NCBI GenBank assembly: GCA_951406725.2
Contig: OX597833.1
Coordinates: forward strand, 21,080,001-21,144,000
Direction: 5' to 3'
DNA length: 64,000 nt
From: Octopus vulgaris
Lineage: Eukaryota
Each line of letters starts with the position of its first letter. Positions within the stretch are counted from its first letter, which is position 1. Under the pieces are notes generated by a model. It saw nothing but the letters and a program-made list of their open reading frames with translations, was not told the origin of the DNA and ran no database searches. Below are positions 53,409 through 64,000 of this stretch, one piece after another. Made by a program: the position numbers and the translations under genes.

Positions 53409-53718
53409 TATTGGAATCAAGTCGTTTTAATCCTGTTTTTCTTTCCTTTTCAATTAAGCGTAAAGATTCCTATATCCTAAAAGAGAATGAATGGAAAGAT
53501 ACGAATGACATTTATGCCATTTCTAAGAGAATTAACAGTATTTTAAGGTACATTAAACTGCTTTCATTTGGGAATCGGAAACATCTAATCATTGAAATTG
53601 TAAAGCTTGGCTGCAACTATTATTAATCAGAAAATTCAGGGAAACGTATTTATGTTATTTACTGGATGGAACAAAGCAATAGTCAGCGGTTTCAAATTAT
53701 GATATTTAACTCATTTAG

Positions 53719-54480
53719 GGTGATGAGCTGGCAGAAACGTTAGCACGCCGGGCGAAATGCTTAGCGGGATTTCGTCTGCCGCTACGTTCTGAGTTCAAAT
53801 TCCGCCGAGGTAGACTTTGCCTTTCATCCTTTCGGGGTCGATAAATTAAGTACCAGTTACGCACTGGGGTCGATATAATCGACTTAATCCGTTTCTCTGT
53901 CCTTGTTTGTCCGCTATGTGTTTAGCCCCTTGTGGGTAGTAAAGAAATAGAAATATGTATTTCGTCTGCCGCTATGTTCTGAGTTCAAATTCCGCCGAGG
54001 TCGACTTTGCCTTTCATCCTTTCGGGGTCGATTAAATAAGTACCAGTTACGCACTGGGGTCGATATAATTGACTTAATTCGTTTGTCTGTCCTTATTTGT
54101 CCCTTCTGTGTTTAGCCCCTTGTGGGCAATAAAGAAATAAGAATCGTTACCGCGCCGGGCAGAATGCTTTGCGGCATTTCGTCCGTTTTACGTTCTCAGG
54201 TCGAATTCTGCCGAGTTCGACTTTGCCTTTTATCCTTTCGAGGTCGTTAAAATCGTTAAAATAAGTGCAAGTTGATCACTGGGATTGATGTTATCGACTT
54301 ACTCTCTTCGCCGAAATTCCTGGCCTTGTACCGAAATTTGAAACCAATATTTAGCTCATTAAGGCGCCGAGCAGGCAGAATCTTTATCGTGCTGAAGAAA
54401 ATGCTTCGTGGCATTTCGTCCGTCTGCGTTCTGAGTTCAAAGTACGCCGAGGTCGACTTTGCCTTTCATCCTTTTGGGAC
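53719..54480 (+). mobile_element. Tandem array of four Meta-type SINE monomers
   Basis: Monomers start near 53719, 53957, 54140 and 54362. Confidence 0.88.
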
Positions 54481-54762
54481 CCAAAAAAGATGACAGGCAA
54501 AATCGACCTCGGCGTATACACACATACAAACACACACACACAAACACGCGCGCGCACGCATCTTTTCTTTTGCTTGTTTCAGTCATTAGACTGCAGCCAT
54601 GCTGGGGCACCGCCTGGAAGAATTTTTAGTCGAGTACATTTTTTAAAGCCTGGAACAATAAGGACCACTTAATCACTGGGTCGATGTAATCAGCTGACCA
54701 CCTTTTCCGAAATTGCTGGCCTAGTGCCAAAACTTGAAACCGATATATAGCGCAGTAGTGAA

Positions 54763-55082
54763 GGCGTGTGGCTTAGTGGTTAGGGCATTCGGCTCTCGAT
54801 TGTAAGGTTGTGAGTTCGATTCCCGGCGACGCGTTTTGTCCTTGAACAAAACACTTTATTTCACGTTGCTCCAGTCCACTCAGCTGGCAAAAATGAGTTG
54901 TACATGTATTTCAGAGGGCCAGCCTTGTCCCACTTTGTGTCACGCTGATCTCTCCCCGAGAACTACGTTAGGGGTACACGTGTCTGGATAACTCACTCAC
55001 TTGCACGTTAATTTCATGAGCAGGCTGTTCCGATGATCGTATCGGCTGGGACCCTCGTCGTCGTAACCGAAGGAGTGCTCCA
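54763..55082 (+). mobile_element. CORE-type SINE (OR2-like)
   Basis: tggcttagtgg / gagttcgattcc boxes and CORE block. Confidence 0.87.
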
Positions 55083-55115
55083 AAACAGTGAAAACATGTG
55101 TTCTTGTGGTTAAAA

Positions 55116-55346
55116 GGCGGCGAGCTAGCAGAAGCGTTAGCACGCCGGGCGAAATGCGTAACTGTATTTCGTCTGCCGTTACGTTCTGAGTTCAAATTCC
55201 GCCGAGGTAGACTTTGCCTTTCATCGTTTCGGGGTCGATAAATTAAGTACCAGTTACGCACTGGGGTCGATGTAATCGACTTAATTCGTTTGTCTGTCCT
55301 TGTTTGTCCCCTATATGTTTAGCCCCTTGAGGGTAATAAAGAAATA
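55116..55346 (+). mobile_element. Meta-type SINE with Tx1-like tail
   Basis: Full length. Confidence 0.9.
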
Positions 55347-55709
55347 GGTATTGTACTCACGATCGAAAGAATGTGGTTTCGATTTCAAGACCGGGCGAAG
55401 CGTTGTTTTCTGGAAGATAACACTTCATTCGGTGTTGCGCCGTTCCAGTAAGTTGTAAAGGAGTAATCCTGCCACAGACTGGTATCCTGTTCAAGGTGAA
55501 TGTTGAGTTATCGGTCCCTTATACGCCATGGATACCGGGTAACAGACCCTTGAGGCCCCAGAACCCGAAATAGTAATGTCCAACTTGTTTCTTCACGAGA
55601 AACAATACAGAAAAAAAGAGACGCGATCATACTGAAATGCGGTGCTCCAGCATGGCCTTTAGACGTTGGCTGAAAACCAATGAAACAATAGAACCCTATA
55701 CCTATTTAT

Positions 55710-55742
<33 letters not shown>

Positions 55743-55976
55743 GTATGTGTGTATGTGTGTGTGTATGTATGTGTGTGTGTGGTGCCCCAGCATGGCCTTT
55801 AGACTTTGGCTGAAAACCAATGAAACAATAAAACTCTATATCTTTTTATTGTGTGCGTATGTGTGTGTGTATGTGTGTGTGTATGTGTGTGTGTATGTCC
55901 CTGTGTGTGCTTGTGTGTGTGTATGTGTGTGTGTATGTGTATGTGTATGTGTGTGTGTATGTGTGTGTATGTGTGT

Positions 55977-56018
<42 letters not shown>

Positions 56019-56110
56019 CTGTGTGTGCGCGCGCATATGTGCTTGTGTGCGTGCATGTGTGCGTGCATATATGCGTGTGTGTGTTGTATAGAAGAGGAGA
56101 TTGTACAGCG

Positions 56111-56152
56111 AGGTCTGATAAGTGTTTGTAACAAGGAAACGTGTAATTACCT
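56111..56152 (+). ncRNA. Decayed hammerhead-like motif
   Basis: AGGT-CTGATAA-G-TGTT..AACA-AG-GAAA-CGTG-TA-att-ACCT. Confidence 0.35.
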
Positions 56153-56398
56153 ACTTTGGAATCGGTAATCTTGAAATGATTCGATTGGAATAATGTATTT
56201 TGGAGATGATATTTCGTAATATGTAATGATGTATCTCGAAATAAACTTGATTGAGACAATCTATTTTTCATCCCATATTATTGTATTTGGAAATGATTTC
56301 ATTGTAATAATATAGTTTGGAATTAATTAAATGCCTCGTGAAAAGAACATCACATTTCCTTTTTATTATTATTTTTCCATATACGTATGTGTGTATGA

Positions 56399-56432
<34 letters not shown>

Positions 56433-56524
56433 GGAGAGAGAGAGAGAGAGCGAGATGTACATAAATATATATACACACACACATACAAACACAAATACAC
56501 ACATACACACACACACAAACATAC

Positions 56525-56597
<73 letters not shown>

Positions 56598-56599
56598 TG

Positions 56600-56639
<40 letters not shown>

Positions 56640-56884
56640 CATACATACATACATACACAACAGGCTTTTTCCAGTTCCCGCCAATCAGATCCACTCACAA
56701 GGCTTTGGTCGGCCCGAGGGTATAATGGCAAACACTCTCCCAAGGTGCTACGCAAATGAACTGAACCCGGAATGATGTGGTTGGGAAACAAGCGTCTGTC
56801 CATCGACGGGCAGCATTCGAGATTTTATAAATTCTTCTGCTGTTAACAATATATATGTGCATGCGCGCACGCGTGTGTATATGA

Positions 56885-57262
56885 AGCTTGTTTCCAACCA
56901 CATGGTTCCGGGTTCAGTCCCACTGCGTGCCACCTTGGGCAAGTGTCTTCTACTATAGCCTTCAGCCGACCAAAGCCTTGTAACTGGATTTGGTAGACTG
57001 AAAGAAGCTTGTCGTATATATGTGTGTGCGTGTGTGTGGTGTGTGTACGTGTGTGTGTGTGTCTGTGTTTGTTCTTCTACCATCGTTTGACAACCGATGC
57101 TGGTGTGTTTATGTTCCTGTAATATAGCGGTTTGGCAAAGAGCCTCGATACAATAAGTACTAGACTTACAAAGAATTATGTCCTGGGGTTGATTTCGACT
57201 AAGGCCGTAGTCAAATGACTGAAACAATTAAAGAATTAAAGAATTAAAGAATTAAAGAATTA
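56885..57262 (+). mobile_element. CORE-type SINE (OR1-like)
   Basis: Family similarity; (aattaaag)n tail. Confidence 0.85.
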
Positions 57263-57799
57263 AAAAATGAATACAAAGGTAGAGAGGGAGAGAGATAGAG
57301 AGAGAGAGAGAGAGAAGAGAGAGAGAAGAGAGAGAAAGAGTAAGAGAGAACGAGAGAAAGAAAGAGCAAGAGAGCGAAAGAGAGTGAGAGGGAGAGGAGT
57401 AATTACATCATGGCAAAGTTAAATTCGTGTTTCATCGATTCCTTGAGGTATGACAGTTTCTGCTGCATCACTGCGACCCGGTCGTCACCGATAGAATTCC
57501 CCAGCATCTGTTTGACGCTTAGTTAATGGCGAATTCCTATAGGCTTCGGTAGGTTTTTCGTTTCTGTCTTATTGAAGTCACAGAAATATGTGTTTGATGC
57601 ATGCATGCTGTCTTGACCTCGTGACATAAGGTTACCATTAGTCACATTGTGTTCCGTTCTTTTGTGTCTATCACCAATGTTCCATATTCTTTTTTTTGCT
57701 CTTATGTTTCCTTTCTCCCCTTTTTTTTATTTCTTCCCGCCTTCATTTGTTAAAGTTGCTGGCTTTCAGTTCAAGCATAACCCGATCGTTACGTAAGCA

Positions 57800-57865
<66 letters not shown>

Positions 57866-57978
57866 CAAGATATTCTGGTTGCATTCTTCATTTGATAGAA
57901 TCTATAGAAATTTGGTTCTTGAATGCTAATATAAAGAATAATGTCGATATATTCTTCACACCTATACTTATCTGTCTG

Positions 57979-58010
<32 letters not shown>

Positions 58011-58415
58011 CTCTTTTACTCTTTTACTTGTTTCAGTCATTTGACTGCGGCCTTGCTGGAGCACCGCCTTTAGTCGAGCAACTCGACCCCGGGACTTATT
58101 CTTTTGTAAGCCCAGTACTTATTCTATCGGTCTCTTTTGCCGAACCGCTAAGTGACGGGGACATAAACACACCAGCATCGGTTGTCAAGCAATGCTAGGG
58201 GACAAACACAGACACACAAACACACACACGCATACATATATATACATATATACGACGGGCTTCTTTCAGTTTCCGTCTACCAAATTCACTCACAAGGCTT
58301 TGGTCGGCCCGAGGCTATAGTAGAAGACACTTGCCCAAGGTGCCACGCAGTGGGACTGAACCCGGAACCATGTGGTTGGCAGACAAGCTACTTACCACAC
58401 AGCCACTCCTCCGCC
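58011..58415 (-). mobile_element. CORE-type SINE (OR1-like), full length
   Basis: Nearly identical to 11602-12006. Confidence 0.9.
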
Positions 58416-58444
58416 TATACATATATATATATATGTGTGTGTGT

Positions 58445-58586
58445 AAAGTTATAATTTAGGGTATTTGGAAATAGCAGTCAAAACTTGACTCTAAAACCAC
58501 ATTAAATGAACTGAACATTTTATGTGGATTTAGAGTCAGGTTTTCCAGCGTGGTGGCATCTCTTAGATACCCAAAATTATAATTTT
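58445..58586. other. Long imperfect hairpin
   Basis: aaaacttgactctaaa..ccacat / atgtgg..tttagagtcaggtttt, plus outer ttataattt.gggtat / ataccc.aaattataa. Confidence 0.8.
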
Positions 58587-58727
58587 AATAATAATCATTA
58601 CCTTTGAAGGTTTTTATTCCCATGCTGGCCACCTGACAAGATCGGTATTTAAATAACGATCTTATCCTCATCTAGTTTCAGCTCACGAGCTGTGGCCATG
58701 CTGGGGCACCGCCATTTATATACATAT

Positions 58728-58785
<58 letters not shown>

Positions 58786-59399
58786 AATAATATATAAATA
58801 TATGCATATATACATACATATATGTACAAGAGGAATATTCTTTATGTTGTATGTCTCGTTTCTCATTGTGTTCAACGTCACTGATGTCTTGTACCCATAT
58901 ATGCATGTATATATACATATTTATGTAGGTATGTACATATATATATGTATATATGCATACATTTATATATTATTTATATTATTATATGATCGAACGCTAC
59001 GCATCCTTTTCCAAGTATATATATATATATATATACATATACACAAGGCTATGTATATATGTGCATGCTCATACACACACAAAATTTCCAGGATTCAAGA
59101 GAATTAAGTACTTAAATAGTAAAAGCACCAAGGTCAGGTCAGTGATAGCGCTTCCGTGTACAAACAATATTTAAGGACAAATACGTACTCCCTAAAGTAA
59201 ACACGGATTTATATTCCGGTTGTGCGTACATTCACAAATGGCTGACTGAATTCACAACGAATCATTAAGGTCACACATGAGTACACTCATTGCACATATT
59301 GCACCTATTGCACTCACTGCACCTAAAGACTCTAGATCCAAACGAATTGCAGGTTCCGAGTTAGGTGAAGGATAAACAATAACAATAGATTTATTGTGG

Positions 59400-59493
59400 T
59401 TTACTACATCTGTTTCAAACGTGTTTTTTGTATTTATTGATAAATAGAAGTGTTACATCATGCAGGAAAAAAAAAACGTTTTCTTCAGGTGAA
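59400..59493 (-). ncRNA. Type I hammerhead ribozyme (one stem I mismatch)
   Basis: UUCAC-CUGAAGA-AAACGU..ACGUUU-GAAA-CAGAUG-UA-GUAAA. Confidence 0.72.
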
Positions 59494-59613
59494 TACAGGT
59501 AAGAATTAAACATTTAGAACTTCCCAAGAACAAGTACATAGTGTCAGGATAATGAGAAACTGTAATGGGACATGAACAGCAGAAAATCTTCAGGGAGTAA
59601 GTCCCTTTATGTT

Positions 59614-60420
59614 TTATAGTCTAAGGGAGCCGGGCCGCATCCTGGTCACGACTCCTGGATATTCCTCAGGTGTAACAGTCTGTGCTACTGACTGCATTGC
59701 AACCTGTACCTTCTGAGGTGGTGAAGGAGCCCTTGAGCAAAAATACTTTGGATATCGTAACCATTTAGGTGTGCGACCAGTTGATCGTAGGGTAAATTGT
59801 ACCTTTTGAAATTCACGTCCATTCTTCCTGGGCCAGATCCAGTCGGAACTCTTCTCAGCTACATCTACTATTGCCTTAAGGGCTCTGGTTTCCTTCCGTT
59901 TAGAATCTGAGGGCCGGTTCACGAGTTCACAGGTTGATATTCCCATTAAAAGCCCTTGTTCCAACCTATATGGCAAGGTCTTTAGTTTGGAAGCCCGACT
60001 CTCAATCGGCTAAAATGCTGTTTCTCAGTCTTGTAGATATAGACTTCGTCTATTCTGCTTTCATTCGGCTTCGTGAGTTCTATCAACACAACATATTTTG
60101 ATGAGAGTGAGTGGAATACAATATACATTCGCATAACATTCTTCTTGAAGTCGTCTGGGAGATTTTTTCCTTTCAGGAAGGTCAACTGATTCATCATGTA
60201 GATCCTACTTCCACGATTCACTTGACACAGCTGTTCCAAGGCACAATCATTTTTACCTCTGTAGAACACTAGTTGCCCCTGTAGAAAACCAGTTCCCTCT
60301 GTAGAACACTGTGTTCCCTCTCCCGGTACAAATCACGCCTAAGAACTCCTTAATCACTTTATTGTGTCTCCATGTGAGCCTCCGTTGGACTACGACTAAT
60401 ATTTGTTGCACCCTTCTCAT
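59614..60420 (-). pseudogene. Decayed Hero/R2-group non-LTR endonuclease region
   Basis: LTWRHNKVI, VVLIELTKPNESRIDE..KTEK and AEKSSDWIWPRK across three frames. Confidence 0.78.
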
Positions 60421-61476
60421 TTTATTATATATTTCGCCTCCTCTCTTGGGGGGCACATTATTAGCCTATTATTGAACTGGATGTTAGTGTAACATATATG
60501 GAAAGTTTTGTGAATATTGCTTCACTGGTTTAGGCAATATGATGGTAACAGACAGACAGACATTGCTATTTATAATATATAAGATAGCAAATGGAGAACT
60601 GCATAAACTGAATGCTAACCGTAATGACGGTTATATAGGGAAAGTGAGGAGAAAACAAAGAGAAGAATAGAAAATTTAAAACAAAAATATCAGATGATAC
60701 AAACAAAGAGAATACAACATAAAAATGTGAAATGATAACCAATATCACATAGTCAAATATTATCTAAATAATAATCCGTATTTCTGTCAGGTCAGCAAGA
60801 AAAATATAATAAACATTGAAGCCTGCAAGTGTTTCCACTCAACTAAGTCTCAAACAGTTACAGCGGAACTGCATTTGTGATTAGGTCGCAGAGGGGCGGC
60901 AAAAATTTTTTATAAGTAAACGATTCATTGAAAAGAGAATTTTAGAATCTTTTGTGTACTTTTAGCAAGGTTTAAGTGGATGCTTTACACTGTAATTGCT
61001 TCGGTTTTAACACACGGTCTCAGATCAAGTAATCTACCGGATAAGTACAATTTTCAACTTGTACCTCCGACACCATTTCTATTTTACTTGTTGCCACCGC
61101 GTATGTCCTGTAAATAATTGTCCTCTCATTTTTATCCTTTAATACTTCTGTAGGGGTAAACACCTTCACATCGTTCCCTTCCATTTTAAGTATTCTTCTA
61201 GACTCACGTCTTCCATTTTTCCTTTTGCGCTGCAGCACAATTCTTTGTTTCCGTTTCCTTGTCAGTTCTTTTCAGTTTACCATTTATTCCTCAGACAGCA
61301 TAAAGTCTGAAGAAGAAGGATTCAAATTTTCACATCTCATTACACGATACCCCTCCATTAAACAAGAGGGAAAACGTCGCACCGCTAAAATACGTGTGTT
61401 ACACACAGATACAGTAGTTTAACTAACCAAAACGTTAAACCGGAAGCAAGCTTCTTACCACGCAGCCCCGCCTGCA

Positions 61477-61557
<81 letters not shown>

Positions 61558-61743
61558 GTGTGTGCGTGTGTGTGTGTGATAATTACAGTTCAAAGAACGT
61601 GGTGACAAGCAATCAATTCACACTGTAGTTATTGAGTATTATTTTGTCAGTTCTTTCTTTATTCCATTCCATTCCTTCTGATCTTACCCTTTTCTATCTT
61701 GGAACTCTCACAGGAGACACACACACACACACACACATACACA

Positions 61744-61781
<38 letters not shown>

Positions 61782-62192
61782 ACAAAAGCGAAAGTACATC
61801 CCACGTGACAAAACTCACACGCTCCAAGAAGCGTAATGGAAAAAGAGAACAATGAAAGCCTTTTTCTTTACTTAATTTTTGATATAGATGTAATTTATTT
61901 CTTTTTATAAATCCAAAAAAAAAAAATAATAAAATTGATTCAAAATTGTTAGTGGTGGGCGAGAAGAAAAACAATTTACGAAGAAGGAAAATATTCAAAC
62001 GGTAAAAGTCATGGAAGTAAAAATAATTACAGGGAAAATTTTCTGCAGTCAATTGAACTTAGAGATAGAAGAAAGAGTATTATTATTAAGACATCTTATT
62101 TTACATTATTTCGTTTCGGTTTTTATTTTATGTCTTTTTTTTCTAAATATTGTATTCTATATTTTCACAAATTCTCATGATTGTTTCGAGTG

Positions 62193-62265
<73 letters not shown>

Positions 62266-62357
62266 TTATACAGATTGATAATTTAATAGACATACAGAGA
62301 AATACCAGGCAAAATGATAAACTGACAGATAGAAATGTTTGTGTATATATATGTTTG

Positions 62358-62414
<57 letters not shown>

Positions 62415-62438
62415 GCTTATATTTGTATATATATGTAT

Positions 62439-62492
<54 letters not shown>

Positions 62493-62595
62493 TATGTATA
62501 GCCATCTATTTACGTGTGTATGTGTAAGTGTGGAGAGAAAGGAAAGAAAAAAATGAGATAATATATATACTCTTGTCTTTCAGATATGTATTTAT

Positions 62596-62645
<50 letters not shown>

Positions 62646-62728
62646 CATACATTCATACATATATATATATATGTACATATGTATATGTAATGTCTATGTA
62701 TATATACATTGTGTACCTATGTATGCAT

Positions 62729-62836
<108 letters not shown>

Positions 62837-63639
62837 TATTGTGATGCTTTTCAAGTTTTAATGACACTGGCTTTGTAGTTTTATGTTCGTGAAAACTTTC
62901 CACTCGAGTTACATTCCTTCAGAAAATGCCGGACTCCTTGTTCTTGAGTCAACCCAGATTTCCTTTTTTTCTTTTCTTTCTTTTTTTCACTTCTAGTACG
63001 CTTGATTAGAAATTCGAAAAGAATTTTTAAATATTAAGATATGCTCGTTCACATACGAAATTTTCAATAAACATGATTCATTTTTTTCTTTTAAATAAAT
63101 TATCTGGAAAATCAAACCCACGTTATCGAAAATAATCTTTATGATTTGAAGAATTAATAGTTATTATATCGCATTAACGGAAACAGACCAATTTTCAATA
63201 ATCACTCTTCTAATAAATACCGTTGTGTATTTACATATTTCGTATCAGGCAAAAGGAAAAATTGTAATAATGTTGAAGCTATCTCCCCTGGTTACAATAC
63301 AGCGCTAGGTAGAACTACAAATAATTTCAATCTTCACGTAGAAAATAATCATAACTAAGAAAATCTTTTGTGGAACAAGGTTTTCATTAACAGAAAGTTA
63401 TTAATGAAATGAATATTTAATTAGATAGTAATGGCCAAGTTTATTCTTGTTGAGCTTACTTTCTGTGATCATTCATTAGAATTGGTTAAACTTCCAGTTT
63501 GTGAAATATTAAACTAAATATTGTCTATGTTATAAAATCTGCATTGCTATATGTAAACATCTTTTTAAAAATAGTTTTCCATATTTTTGACTTTATAGTC
63601 ATATTTGTCATCGTTATTTGCGGTATGGAGAGACACGTA

Positions 63640-64000
63640 ATGATTCTTTCCAATTTTGGCACAGGGTCATTAATTTTGTAAGGTAGGGGAAGCCAAAGGA
63701 AGCCGATTACATCGATCCCAGTACTTATCTGGTACTTTTTAATCAATCTTCGGAAGGATGAAAAGTGAAGTCGATCTCGGAGGAATTTGAACTCAGAACG
63801 TAAAGAACCAGAACAAATGCCGCTAAGTATTTTATCCGACACGCTAACAATTCTCCCAGCTCGCCGCCTTATGTGTAGATCAGTTATAATGGTTTCAAAT
63901 TTTGGCACAAGGCCAGCAATTTCGGGGAGTGGATAAGTCGACTACATCGACCCCAGTGCTCAACTGGTACTTATTTTATCATACCCGAAAGGATGAAAGG
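63640..64000 (-). mobile_element. Two Meta-type SINE copies (63640-63870 and 63890 to window end)
   Basis: Reverse-complement family similarity. Confidence 0.85.

Noticed and set aside
61020-61365. Possible ORF1/gag-like remnant on the minus strand
   Set aside because: Contains stops and no diagnostic motif I can name.

Overview
AT-rich, microsatellite-saturated animal DNA with no host exon I can support. The SINE repertoire (tRNA-headed CORE-type and Meta-type families resembling octopus OR1/OR2/OK) suggests an octopus/coleoid intron or intergenic region; this is inference. Most ORFs in the track are translated (TA)n, (CA)n, (TATC)n, (TTA)n, (CAT)n or (CCA)n repeats. Real coding remnants are all transposon-derived: R4/Dong-like, Tx1-like and Hero-like LINEs, Penelope-like RT/GIY-YIG, and Chapaev3-like, IS630/Tc1 and mariner transposases. 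Non-autonomous Helitrons/HINE and a 716-bp foldback MITE are also present. The main unexpected signal is about 15 type I hammerhead-ribozyme motifs on both strands, about six with complete or near-complete cores. Their stem sequences are mostly unrelated but the fold is kept, and helix III is usually palindromic. Most lie in short ORF-less elements next to (TA)n/(CA)n, two with terminal direct repeats (periods about 535 and 413 bp). One lies in the 3' end of a Penelope GIY-YIG element. Together this suggests a Penelope-mobilised, retrozyme-like self-cleaving RNA system. All folds and alignments were done by eye; none were computed.
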